Virus record (IMG/VR): IMGVR_UViG_3300042559_001801
Strand: one strand, 5' to 3'
Length of the DNA stretch: 63,847 bases
DNA from: a virus
Lineage: Duplodnaviria; Heunggongvirae; Uroviricota; Caudoviricetes
Position numbers and translations under genes: made by a program. Below, piece by piece: positions 47,651 to 57,610 of the stretch; position 1 is the stretch's first letter, and the number at the start of each line of letters is the position of its first letter. The notes under the pieces were generated by a model that saw only the letters and a program-made list of their open reading frames with translations, was not told where the DNA came from and did not search any database.

Positions 47651-47953
47651 ATGCCAACACAAGTAGTCAATGCAGCAGGCAATGTATTATGGACCTCCGA
47701 CAAGGTAGAAATTTCTGCGGTAACTGATGTTACATTTCAAGTGGGCGTAACAGAACTTGGTAACACTGCCAACATCACCGGTAACTTGTATGCCAATGCA
47801 GTATCTGTGCCAGCCGGCACTTCAACACAGGCCTATGTTGGTGTGGGCAATCGACTTTATCTCACTGGTAATACCTTTACTGCGGTAGCACTAGGAACAG
47901 AAAGTTCTGCTCAGGCCAGCATATACACTGGCCCATCTTACGGCGCTGTGTAA
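47651..47953 (+). CDS. Small beta-rich hypothetical virion protein
   Basis: AAGGA SD; beta-strand-type composition. Confidence 0.6.
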   Translation: MPTQVVNAAGNVLWTSDKVEISAVTDVTFQVGVTELGNTANITGNLYANAVSVPAGTSTQAYVGVGNRLYLTGNTFTAVALGTESSAQASIYTGPSYGAV

Positions 47954-47962
47954 CAGTATCAT

Positions 47963-48337
47963 ATGAGAGCTACAGAATTTGTTTTGGAAGCTAGCCAGGG
48001 CAAAATATCTAAACGTCAACAACAATCAACCCGTGGGTTAAATATTTTCTCAAAGAAAATAGACACTTATGACAGGATGTATGATTTGAATCGTTTAATG
48101 ATGGCAGTTGCAAGCAGTGACGGAGTAAACCCAATTGAGATGGACAGTGAAAGTTGGGTAGGTAAACACAATACCACACATCCCTACACTAAAGAAGAAC
48201 AGGCCATGCTCAAGTTGGCATACAAAGCAGCCGACCTAGAATATATAGATTTAAACAACGGTGATATGGACAGTGAAGAACTGCCGGATACAAATGTCAA
48301 AAGCATAGTTAAACCCTTCAAAGGCTATCCAAGATGA
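47963..48337 (+). CDS. Hypothetical protein with CTS-like leader, paralog 1
   Basis: MRATEFVLE N-terminus; ends PFKGYPR. Confidence 0.65.
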   Translation: MRATEFVLEASQGKISKRQQQSTRGLNIFSKKIDTYDRMYDLNRLMMAVASSDGVNPIEMDSESWVGKHNTTHPYTKEEQAMLKLAYKAADLEYIDLNNGDMDSEELPDTNVKSIVKPFKGYPR

Positions 48338-48720
48338 GAGCTCGTGAGTTTATTGCGGAGCAAAAAGATCTGCCAGATGAATATGCTGATCCGATGCGTT
48401 ATACCTTTGTGATTCCTGGACTCAGTGCCAGCGATCCTTATAACAACTACAGGTTTGGTGTGGCCATGGCTCGAGCAAGAAGTGATGCCGGCACCGACGG
48501 GCTAACCAAAGATATGCCTGAGTGGAGCGCAGAAACAGCATTTGGCGAACACGGAGTAGTAATAGGCATGAACAGCGATATTGAACAAATTATTGATCAA
48601 GCACTGGCAATGACCGACACTGCTGGCGGCAAAAAATTAGTTGGCTCGCCCAACAGTGAAGAACCCGCATTTGTTGATACACAAAGTCCTGTCAAGGCAT
48701 TCAAAGGCTATCCAAGATAA
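48334..48720 (+). CDS. Hypothetical protein with CTS-like leader, paralog 2
   Basis: MRAREFIAE N-terminus; ends AFKGYPR. Confidence 0.65.
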   Translation: MRAREFIAEQKDLPDEYADPMRYTFVIPGLSASDPYNNYRFGVAMARARSDAGTDGLTKDMPEWSAETAFGEHGVVIGMNSDIEQIIDQALAMTDTAGGKKLVGSPNSEEPAFVDTQSPVKAFKGYPR

Positions 48721-49355
48721 TGGCCAATCCACCACCACCATACGACAACATCACAGGCATCAGCCGTGCTGTGATGAAAGACAACGCACAAGAGACATTA
48801 GTCAACTACGACGGTAATGCTCGTCCTGGCGAAATGACTGTTAATCTCACGAACAATAATGTATACATTGGTAATACTAACGGTGATTTAACGTTAATAG
48901 CTCGAGGTACTGGCTTATCGGCATACATTAATTACTTTGATTTCAGCAATGATTTAACTACAGGGCCGTTTGCTGATCCAATAGGCGGGCCAAATTGGAT
49001 AAAACTAAATGCTAATACTACCTCGCCTTATTCTAGTGGCACACTAACTGCTACAAACAATCGAGTAACAAATACAGGCACAGTTTCTATGATAATTAAA
49101 ATGGAAGGCATTATTTCTGTAGCACCTACATTAGACTACTCAGAGATTGGTGCTGCCTTTTTTCAAAATGAAACATTGATTCCATGTAGCGCACAAACAG
49201 TGTTATGTGGCCTTATTGGAGAGACATCAGCATTACCATTCCATTGCGTTACGCAACTAGACCCAGATGATTATGTTGAAGTTTGGGTTCAGAATATTTC
49301 AAATGAAACCAGTATAACGCTAGACAATGTTAACGTAATTATTACTCAACTGTAA
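48720..49355 (+). CDS. Virion protein with C-terminal jelly-roll (C1q/BclA-like) domain
   Basis: C-terminal TQLDPDDYVEVWVQN pattern. Confidence 0.5.
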   Translation: MANPPPPYDNITGISRAVMKDNAQETLVNYDGNARPGEMTVNLTNNNVYIGNTNGDLTLIARGTGLSAYINYFDFSNDLTTGPFADPIGGPNWIKLNANTTSPYSSGTLTATNNRVTNTGTVSMIIKMEGIISVAPTLDYSEIGAAFFQNETLIPCSAQTVLCGLIGETSALPFHCVTQLDPDDYVEVWVQNISNETSITLDNVNVIITQL

Positions 49356-49363
49356 ATAATAAC

Positions 49364-49801
49364 ATGAAAAAACTATTCTTACTATTATTGATCGTGCCTG
49401 TGCTGGCTGTTGCACAACCCCGACAAAAACCAGGCGTGACCTATGACGCTGTGATCACCAGAGTCATAGACGGCGATACAGTGGCTTTTCAAGCAGACTT
49501 TTTGCCTGCACCACTCAAAAAAGAACTCAGTATTCGTGTATACGGTGTGGACACTCCTGAAAAAGGACATCGTGCGGCTTGCCCAAGTGAAGCACAGCGT
49601 GGCGAAGCAGCAAGTGCATTTACCAAACAAGCTGTTGCAGCCAGCACCAAGCGTCAGGTTGTACTGATGGACTGGGACAAATACGGCGGCCGAGTGCTAG
49701 GCGACGTTTTACTCAACGGCCAAAGCCTGCGAGTCATGCTGATACAGAATGGATTTGCACGAGAATACTACGGCGAAGCCAAAACATCCTGGTGCAATTA
49801 A
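49364..49801 (+). CDS. Thermonuclease (SNase-like) with N-terminal signal-like segment
   Basis: RVIDGDT, RVYGVDTPE, DKYGGRVLG and LIQNGFA motifs; hydrophobic N-terminus. Confidence 0.9.
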   Translation: MKKLFLLLLIVPVLAVAQPRQKPGVTYDAVITRVIDGDTVAFQADFLPAPLKKELSIRVYGVDTPEKGHRAACPSEAQRGEAASAFTKQAVAASTKRQVVLMDWDKYGGRVLGDVLLNGQSLRVMLIQNGFAREYYGEAKTSWCN

Positions 49802-49831
49802 TCTCCCGTCAACACTGGTGAATAATTCAAA

Positions 49832-50866
49832 GTGAAAGTTTTTGACTTTATGAATCCCACTTCTTGTCAAGAAATTGTGGGAACTACCAATGCCTATCGC
49901 ATGCTTCCAGACAACTCAATAGTGTTAATGGGTACTCCGTACACCACTATTGATCGAACCTCATGGGCAAACTACTATAAAAATTTGCAAACACTCAAGG
50001 ATCAGTCAATTACAGATCGCTATGTGTTTATTGATGCCAGCTGTGATCCTCTGTGGTTCAGCAATCAAGCCATGCTGGATCATCTTGCTGCCACAAAAGA
50101 ATTTTTTCCTAACGCCAAAGTTGCAGTTTTAACCAGTCGATGTCAAAACTGGTTTGATGATATTCCAGGATTGATATACTATCCATTTTTCTTTAATATT
50201 ATATACAATTCATATGAGCCACGACCAAGAGCTGGACGAATTGGCTGCCTCAATAGACAAAACAGTCCACATCGTGCCTGGCTCATGCACTCTTTGTTGA
50301 GTGAAAATTTGATTGATTCTTCTCGGGACGTTTATAGTATAGGATTTGCCAATCCTTACGACCTTACATTTTACTGTAGATTAAGTTCGTTTATCGAGAA
50401 CAGACATGATCTCGATGAAGCTATCCAAAAATATCCACCGCAGATAGCCACACACCCAGATAATTTTCCCAACGACTACACTATCAATCATCCTGCTTGG
50501 CATACAGGCATTGCTGTGGTGACAGAAACTCATCCAGGTGACAAAACTTTGATTACTGAAAAAACAGCCAAAGCCATAATCAGCCAAAGTTGTTTTTCCA
50601 TCTACATGGCAGAAGCAGGCTACAAAGTTTTAGAAGAATTAGGCTTTGAGCCTAGATTTTTCCCTGACCATGCCAGCGAAACCAACATCGAACCCATTAT
50701 ACAACTGTGCAAAACCATTGACACTGAATCAGCAGCCATGGATTATAGACAACAGCACATGGACAAAATCAATCACAACGCAGAATGGTTCAATCAAGGT
50801 CCAGTATTTGGGCCATGGTATGATCAATACAACCCAAAATTTCAACGCGACCTAGACCGTCTGTAA
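49832..50866 (+). CDS. Hypothetical glycosyltransferase-like protein
   Basis: CLNR...HR and IAVVTET...LITEKTAKAI resemble GT10/exostosin-like C-terminal motifs; GTG start. Confidence 0.4.
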   Translation: MKVFDFMNPTSCQEIVGTTNAYRMLPDNSIVLMGTPYTTIDRTSWANYYKNLQTLKDQSITDRYVFIDASCDPLWFSNQAMLDHLAATKEFFPNAKVAVLTSRCQNWFDDIPGLIYYPFFFNIIYNSYEPRPRAGRIGCLNRQNSPHRAWLMHSLLSENLIDSSRDVYSIGFANPYDLTFYCRLSSFIENRHDLDEAIQKYPPQIATHPDNFPNDYTINHPAWHTGIAVVTETHPGDKTLITEKTAKAIISQSCFSIYMAEAGYKVLEELGFEPRFFPDHASETNIEPIIQLCKTIDTESAAMDYRQQHMDKINHNAEWFNQGPVFGPWYDQYNPKFQRDLDRL

Positions 50867-50873
50867 ATACAGC

Positions 50874-52022
50874 ATGAGTAATTTTTATTGTGCTGCACCC
50901 TGGCGTGGCCTTCATATAAATGTCCGCGGTGACATCAAAACCTGTTGTGCCGGCAATCCCAACATGCTGGGCAATCTCAACAGCAAAACAATTGAACAAG
51001 TATTGAACGGGCCAGAGCTAACAGAAATTAGAAAAACATTGAGTCAAGGCAAACAACATCCTTATTGCGTTAACTGTATCAATGCCGAAACAAACAGCAC
51101 CAGCAGCGAGCGTGAATGGCACAACAATATAAATGAGGGCTTTGATACTACACAAGCCGGCGACAATTACGATTTCCCCGCACTGCTTGATATAAGATGG
51201 AATACCACTTGTAATCTAAGCTGTAATTATTGTGGACCACTGGACAGTTCAACATGGTCTGCACTTAAAAAAATACCAATAAACACCAGCACTAGAAAAT
51301 ACTATGAAGATGTATGTGATTTTATTGCCAAACATCAGCAGCATGTAAAAGAAGTAGCACTGGTTGGTGGCGAACCCTTGCTGCTGCCAGAAAATGAAAG
51401 ATTGCTGGATGTGCTGCCAGAAGATTGTGTGATAACTGTCATTACCAATCTGAGCAATCCATTGGAAAACAACAAAATATTTAAAAAACTAGCTCAACGA
51501 AAAAATGTTGGGTGGAGCATGAGTTTTGATAATATTGGTCCGCAATTTGAATATGTACGCCACGGCGCAGCTTGGTCTATGATTTTACATAATCTTGACA
51601 TCTTGCAATCCATCATGAATGATCCTGCTCGCAAGCACTGGGGAGGGATACATGCAGTTTATAATTTATACAATGCCACAAGACTGTGCGACCTCAAACA
51701 ATTTGCTGTGGATAGAGGATTGTCAATACACTGGCAAAATCTTGGCGGCAACATAGCACTTGATACTCGCAAACACGGTGTTGAGATTGCTGCCAAGGCC
51801 GCCGCGGAAATTGAAAAATTTTTTGCCACATTTGATCCAAGTGAAGAAGAAAAAATGTTGTTTGGTGCTGCCCTGCAACACTATCGGTCTATAACCAATT
51901 CCAAACCAGACATGATTGCAGTATTACAAAAATTTGTGTCAGACATTGAAGATGTTTACCATCCTGATGCCAAAGGTCAATTTGCCGCACTGTGGCCGGA
52001 GTTAAATAAAAATTATGGCTAA
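50874..52022 (+). CDS. Radical SAM protein with N-terminal twitch/SPASM-like domain
   Basis: YCAAPW...TCC...YCVNC; core CNLSCNYC, GGEPLL. Confidence 0.9.
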   Translation: MSNFYCAAPWRGLHINVRGDIKTCCAGNPNMLGNLNSKTIEQVLNGPELTEIRKTLSQGKQHPYCVNCINAETNSTSSEREWHNNINEGFDTTQAGDNYDFPALLDIRWNTTCNLSCNYCGPLDSSTWSALKKIPINTSTRKYYEDVCDFIAKHQQHVKEVALVGGEPLLLPENERLLDVLPEDCVITVITNLSNPLENNKIFKKLAQRKNVGWSMSFDNIGPQFEYVRHGAAWSMILHNLDILQSIMNDPARKHWGGIHAVYNLYNATRLCDLKQFAVDRGLSIHWQNLGGNIALDTRKHGVEIAAKAAAEIEKFFATFDPSEEEKMLFGAALQHYRSITNSKPDMIAVLQKFVSDIEDVYHPDAKGQFAALWPELNKNYG

Positions 52023-53589
52023 AAGTTTAGAAGGCGTACTGATCAAGGCGCCTCATCGTCGGCAAGCATTCACTGAAGCTGAAATGATAGAATTCATGCA
52101 CTGCGCTGACAGTGCAACTGGGCCAGCATATTTTCTTGATCATTATTTCTACATACAGCATCCTACACAGGGAAAAATGTTGTATCATGCTTTTGAATAT
52201 CAGGAACGATTGGTTGATGTGTACCACAACTATCGTTTCAGCATATCAATGATGCCGCGCCAAACTGGTAAAAGTACCAGTGCAGCAGGATATCTGCTGT
52301 GGTATGCAATGTTTGTTCCGGATTCAACTATTCTTATTGCTGCACACAAGTACACTGGTGCTCAAGAGATCATGCAGCGTATTCGTTTTGCATACGAGTT
52401 GTGTCCAGATCATATCCGAGCAGGTGTCACCAGCTACAACAAAGGCAGCATAGACTTTGAAAATGGCAGTCGTATTATATCGGCCACCACAACTGAAACA
52501 ACTGGTCGCGGTATGAGTATATCCCTGCTGTACGCTGACGAATTTGCATTTGTACGCCCTACCATTGCCAAAGAATTCTGGACTAGTATCAGTCCTACCT
52601 TGGCCACAGGCGGTAAAGCAATCATCACAAGTACGCCCAACAGTGACGAAGATCAGTTTGCATTGTTGTGGAAAAGCGCTCTCAAGTGCGAAGACGAATA
52701 TGGCAACCCGACGCCGTTGGGCATAAATGGATTCAAAGCATTCCGTAGTTATTGGCAGGAGCACCCAGATCGCGACGAGGCTTGGGGCAAAAGTATGGAA
52801 GCCCAATTGGGCGTTGATCGATTCCGCCGAGAGATTGGATGTGAATTTATCATCAACGATGAAACACTCATTGCGCCAGCCATACTGGTCGATCTGCAAG
52901 GCCAACACGATCCCTTGTTTAGAACCGGTCAAGTGCGATGGTACAAGAAGCCTGAGCCCGGCAAAATCTATGTAGTGGCACTGGATCCCAGTCTGGGTAC
53001 CGGCAGCGATCCTGCAGCCATACAAGTTTTTGAAGCCAACACCACTACACAGATAGCCGAATGGCGTCACAACCGAACTGCAATTCCGGCACAGATACGC
53101 ATACTGGCAGATATTTGTAAATTCATAAATGAAACTGTAAAAGATTCAAAGAGCATCTACTACAGCATAGAAAACAACACCATCGGTGAAGCAGCACTTA
53201 TTTCTATTGCTGAGTACGGCGAAGAAAAAATTGAAGGATACTTTCTAAGCGACAACTCAGTAGCCGGCGGCGCAAGACGCATACGAAAAGGCTTCAATAC
53301 TACACATAAAAGCAAGCTGTCGGCCTGCAACAAGTTAAAAATTTTGGTAGAATCTAAAAAAATGCAAATCAACAGTGCGCCGTTAATATCAGAACTAAAA
53401 ACATTTGTGGCGCACGGCACCAGCTATGCGGCCAAGCCCGGCGAAACAGATGACCTAGTGATGGGCACAGTGCTGGCCATTCGCATGATGATGCTGCTGC
53501 AAAATTATCACACTGAAATGGACTCGCAGATGCGTGATTTTGGCGACACTATGGTGGAACCAATGCCGTTTTTTGCCACATTCCGCTAA
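52015..53589 (+). CDS. gp17: Terminase large subunit
   Basis: MPRQTGKST (Walker A), LYADEFAF (Walker B), ITSTPN, ALDPSLG and TDDLVM motifs. Confidence 0.97.
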   Translation: MAKSLEGVLIKAPHRRQAFTEAEMIEFMHCADSATGPAYFLDHYFYIQHPTQGKMLYHAFEYQERLVDVYHNYRFSISMMPRQTGKSTSAAGYLLWYAMFVPDSTILIAAHKYTGAQEIMQRIRFAYELCPDHIRAGVTSYNKGSIDFENGSRIISATTTETTGRGMSISLLYADEFAFVRPTIAKEFWTSISPTLATGGKAIITSTPNSDEDQFALLWKSALKCEDEYGNPTPLGINGFKAFRSYWQEHPDRDEAWGKSMEAQLGVDRFRREIGCEFIINDETLIAPAILVDLQGQHDPLFRTGQVRWYKKPEPGKIYVVALDPSLGTGSDPAAIQVFEANTTTQIAEWRHNRTAIPAQIRILADICKFINETVKDSKSIYYSIENNTIGEAALISIAEYGEEKIEGYFLSDNSVAGGARRIRKGFNTTHKSKLSACNKLKILVESKKMQINSAPLISELKTFVAHGTSYAAKPGETDDLVMGTVLAIRMMMLLQNYHTEMDSQMRDFGDTMVEPMPFFATFR

Positions 53590-53613
53590 TGCTAAAACTT
53601 TAATAAATACACT

Positions 53614-56600
53614 ATGGCACAAAATAATCCAGGACAACAACTTTCAGACCTTTTGGTCACCCGCGGCTACGACCCAGAGATGCTGGACAGCGCAGGCAAA
53701 GCAGCGCCCACAGCACAAGATGCTGAAATTTTCAGCTTTGATTTTGTCACAGCAAATGGCACCAATCACGGATCAGTGGTTGTGATGCTGGGCGATGATA
53801 AAGAATTAACTGTGTTCAGCGGCGACAATGTTGGCCGTAACATGGACAGCGAAGACAAAACAGAATGGTACGAGTTTCAGCATCAATTGAAAAACTTTGC
53901 CACAAAGAATTTTATGACATTTGCTAGTCAAAACATCAACAAACTCAAATACAGCATGCAAGGGCAAGCAGCCCTTAAAGAAGGCCTGTGCGAAAGTTGG
54001 AACGGCACAAAGAATGTCAGTTGGAACGGTGGTCCTGATTCTGTTCGACTGATGATACGTCACAAGCGTCCAATGGGCATTGACGAAGCCAGATTTCGTC
54101 AGGTAGAAAGTCTGTTTGTAGAAACCGCAGATGGTGAACGCTACCGATTGCCATTCCGCAATCTAGCCGGCGGTCGTGCCATGGTCGAACATGTTCGTCA
54201 AGGCGGTAAGCCATATGACATGCGCGGCCACCATATTGCTACCATAATTGAAGAACTCAATGTGCTGAGTCGTTTCCGCAGAGCCAGCAAAGGCCAAGTG
54301 TTTGAAGGCGACACAGCCAATTTGATAGCAGAAGCCAATAACTACTACGAAACAATGTGTCGAACCGTAAAAGGACTGTCATCCAGCAAAGGATACAACA
54401 GCTATTTTGAAAGCTGGAATCCTGGCAATATAACTGAACAAGATTTGATCATTGAAGATATCAAAACATTATTCGTGCAAGAAACAATTGATTCACGAAT
54501 TGAACAGGCCCTACCTATCCTGGCCCGCATACAACAACAAGGAACCGCTATGAAAGAAGCAAACATATTTGAAGCCTGGGCTGAACGCCTGTTAGAAGGC
54601 ACATGGGCAACACCAAATACCCCAGAACAAAAAGAACAGTTGATTGAGTTACTGTCACAAGAACTGCCAGTCGGACCTGACGCCACCAATGCAACAGAAC
54701 AGTTGTACAGTTTGTTTGGCGATGACGAATTGTTTGATCAGTTGCAAGAACTGGCCGAAACCGATCCCGACGCTGATGCTCGTGAAATAGTCATTGCTCG
54801 TATGACAGAATTGGCAGACAGCGGATCAGATCCTGACCTTATGGAAGTACTTGCTGCGTTAGAACCCACAGTGCCTGAACCACAAGCTGCGGCCAACCCA
54901 GAAGCCGTAGTGGAAAGTTGGGTAGGCAATATTGTAAATACCGCTAAATCTATGTTTGCTAAAAATGCAGACCCGGTACCAGTGAGTGAATCTGCAGAAC
55001 TCAACACCATACTGAAGTATGCTGGCATTCCATTAAGAGAAGGCGTGTTAGATGACGTCAGAGCCAGAATGGATGCAAGACGCAATCCTGCTGCAACTCC
55101 TGCTACTGCACAGCCGGCACAATCTCCTACTACACAGGCACCTAAATTCAAAGTTGGGGACACTGTGAGTTTTGGTATAGGTAGAGGCATACCGAGCACC
55201 GGTACAATTACTGCTATGGGTCCAGGCCCTACTCAACTGACTGTTAAAACTGCTGAGGGTGAGAATCAATTAGATACCAGAATGAAAAGTCTGTATCTAC
55301 AGTTAGTACCGTCAACAACATCTGCAGAGTCCCAACAATCAACACCTGATCTGCCGCGGGCAGAAGTGGTGTCCACAATGGGCATGCCTAGCCGATCTCT
55401 GATTGGTTATAAAGACAACACATATACACCTTCAGGACCATATACCAAGGCGCCAGAGGGTGCAACCGGAACACAAGTACTTGTGCCTGCCGCAGCATTT
55501 GGTATTAGAAGCATGGGTGATGTTGTTGCTTTGCTAACTGACGATGGTACAGCCTATGCTGAACAACCAATAAAAGTGTCTAATCCTTTTGGTCGAGCAG
55601 CAGGCAGCGCAAGTCGTCAACCAAACCCAACACAAGGGCTAGACGAAGCTGGTGAGTGGAAAGCAGAAGCCGAAGACTTTAAAGAATGGTCAAACCATGT
55701 CAAAGACTCATTGCTTGGTGTTGCTCCAAGTCAACGATTTGCTATGGCAAAACGACTAAGTCAAATTGAAATGAAACATTTTGGCGACAGTCAGGCAGCT
55801 AGCTCATTCAATGCACAAACAGGCCGACCAACGGGCAATACCAGTGGCATGACAACCACAGTACAACACATCTTGGATGCAATTAACGATGGTAAACTTA
55901 CCAATGCAAGCTCGCCGGATGCTGCTGCTGCTGTAGCCAGTGGCGGAACTACACAACAAACACCGTTTGGATCAGTTACTAGACCAGCAGGCCAACCAGA
56001 TCCGTATCAAGCATCACCCGCTTTGCCTAACGGCGACCGTCCGGCTGCTGTTGCTGCACAGAATCGACCAAGACCACAAAAAGGCGGCGGCAGTATCCAA
56101 ATATTAAAAACTGAAGAAGATTGGGAAGAAGCGTTAAGTAACCCTGACCTAGGGCGCGACTTAGACGCTGATAATCGTCCAACAACTGCTGCTGGACTTG
56201 ATTCGGCAATGTCAAAATTACCAAGTTGGAAAGTAATGCTGGCAACTATTATAATGGGTTCAAAACTTCCTATCATTGGTGACAAGATAAAAAATACAAT
56301 AGTATCGTCAATTGAAAAAGAGTTTGGAGTACGCATGTCTTTTAAAGATGCACTGGAATATATGAAGCATGTTAGAAATACTCCAGCTGCACAAATTGTA
56401 CCACCAGCTGTTTGGAAGTTTGAAAGAGATGGCGGCGATTATGAAACTGCCATTGAGCAATTGCCCGATGACGCAGTAGACGTACAACCAGCAGAAGTTA
56501 TGTCTACCATTGCAACTGACTTGATCGACGCTGGAGTAGCCCAAGAGATCAAACCCGGAGACGAAACTCCAAGCAATGCTGGCGCAGATGCATTTGGTAA

Positions 56601-57576
56601 TATGGCATCACAATTGACAAAAAAGGATGAACCAGTGGCAGAATCTACAGAACTCAACACCATACTGAAGTATGCTGGTATCCCGGTGGCCGAAAGCCGT
56701 GTGCTGGACGAAGCAGGCGAAACAATCGATCACATATTGAATCGTTTCAAACACGAAGTCAAACAGTTCGAACAAGGCCACGACTTGGATTCCGACCTGT
56801 ATGAAGCCCTGTTTGACTACTATTCAGACGCAGGAGAACTGCCATACGGCATTGCCAAAGCCCGCACAGGTGATCCATTCAACTGGGTCAGTGACAAATT
56901 GGCTGATCATCTTGGTGTGAACGAAGGATGGAAAGGTGCAATTGCAGGCGGCCTAGCAGGCGGAGCACTGGGCAGTGTAGTGCCAGCACTGGGTACATTG
57001 GCTGGCGCAGCCGCAGGCGCCTACGCTGGTCACAAACTAGGCGATGAAGGATTTAAAGATCCAGACGCAGAGTATAAAAAGGCGCAAAAACTCAAACAAA
57101 CACCACCAGTAGCCGAAGGTCCGGTTGGTAGTTTAGTGGGCGGAATTGCTGGCGCAGCACTTACCAAAACACCCAGCGGCGCAATGGCAGGTTCTAGACT
57201 GGGCAGTGCTGTGGGCGATGCAATGTCGGGTAGCGAAGAAACAGACGAAGGCCAGCATACACAGCATGGCATGGATGCCACTCCGGGTCGCGTTGATTAC
57301 AAAGATGAAAAATTTTCAGACATAAAACCAATGGGTTTTCGACAAGACCCAATTCAGGCAACTACAGATCGTGCTCTCAAGTACAGCGCACAAGGCGTAA
57401 ACAAGTTGCGTGACCTGTTCCGCGAAGACGAACAGGCCGTGGTTGAGAATCAGGACAAATTTTCGGCCTTGAGCGGACAATACGGACATTCGGGCAAACT
57501 GCAAAAGTTTGATGATGTTGAACAGGATGTGCTGGCCAGACTCAAACAACTGTCCGGAATGATTAGACCAATGTAA
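53614..57576 (+). CDS. 1320-aa modular protein, probable protease-processed internal/ejection polyprotein
   Basis: Many hydrophobic-x-E-(G/S/A) junctions, a duplicated ELNTILKYAGIP module, two glycine-zipper segments and a late promoter 4 nt before the ATG. Confidence 0.65.
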   Translation: MAQNNPGQQLSDLLVTRGYDPEMLDSAGKAAPTAQDAEIFSFDFVTANGTNHGSVVVMLGDDKELTVFSGDNVGRNMDSEDKTEWYEFQHQLKNFATKNFMTFASQNINKLKYSMQGQAALKEGLCESWNGTKNVSWNGGPDSVRLMIRHKRPMGIDEARFRQVESLFVETADGERYRLPFRNLAGGRAMVEHVRQGGKPYDMRGHHIATIIEELNVLSRFRRASKGQVFEGDTANLIAEANNYYETMCRTVKGLSSSKGYNSYFESWNPGNITEQDLIIEDIKTLFVQETIDSRIEQALPILARIQQQGTAMKEANIFEAWAERLLEGTWATPNTPEQKEQLIELLSQELPVGPDATNATEQLYSLFGDDELFDQLQELAETDPDADAREIVIARMTELADSGSDPDLMEVLAALEPTVPEPQAAANPEAVVESWVGNIVNTAKSMFAKNADPVPVSESAELNTILKYAGIPLREGVLDDVRARMDARRNPAATPATAQPAQSPTTQAPKFKVGDTVSFGIGRGIPSTGTITAMGPGPTQLTVKTAEGENQLDTRMKSLYLQLVPSTTSAESQQSTPDLPRAEVVSTMGMPSRSLIGYKDNTYTPSGPYTKAPEGATGTQVLVPAAAFGIRSMGDVVALLTDDGTAYAEQPIKVSNPFGRAAGSASRQPNPTQGLDEAGEWKAEAEDFKEWSNHVKDSLLGVAPSQRFAMAKRLSQIEMKHFGDSQAASSFNAQTGRPTGNTSGMTTTVQHILDAINDGKLTNASSPDAAAAVASGGTTQQTPFGSVTRPAGQPDPYQASPALPNGDRPAAVAAQNRPRPQKGGGSIQILKTEEDWEEALSNPDLGRDLDADNRPTTAAGLDSAMSKLPSWKVMLATIIMGSKLPIIGDKIKNTIVSSIEKEFGVRMSFKDALEYMKHVRNTPAAQIVPPAVWKFERDGGDYETAIEQLPDDAVDVQPAEVMSTIATDLIDAGVAQEIKPGDETPSNAGADAFGNMASQLTKKDEPVAESTELNTILKYAGIPVAESRVLDEAGETIDHILNRFKHEVKQFEQGHDLDSDLYEALFDYYSDAGELPYGIAKARTGDPFNWVSDKLADHLGVNEGWKGAIAGGLAGGALGSVVPALGTLAGAAAGAYAGHKLGDEGFKDPDAEYKKAQKLKQTPPVAEGPVGSLVGGIAGAALTKTPSGAMAGSRLGSAVGDAMSGSEETDEGQHTQHGMDATPGRVDYKDEKFSDIKPMGFRQDPIQATTDRALKYSAQGVNKLRDLFREDEQAVVENQDKFSALSGQYGHSGKLQKFDDVEQDVLARLKQLSGMIRPM
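54995..55025 (+). repeat. 31-nt perfect direct repeat, copy 1
   Basis: cagaactcaacaccatactgaagtatgctgg, identical to 56648-56678. Confidence 0.9.
56648..56678 (+). repeat. 31-nt perfect direct repeat, copy 2
   Basis: Identical to 54995-55025; offset is 1653 nt (551 codons). Confidence 0.9.
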
Positions 57577-57610
57577 ATTTGTCATTAGAACAACCGCGTC
57601 ATAAATACTC

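Noticed and set aside
52015-53589. Intein or intron in the terminase, UvsX or capsid genes
   Set aside because: Lengths are ordinary, motifs are contiguous and no splice-junction signatures were seen.
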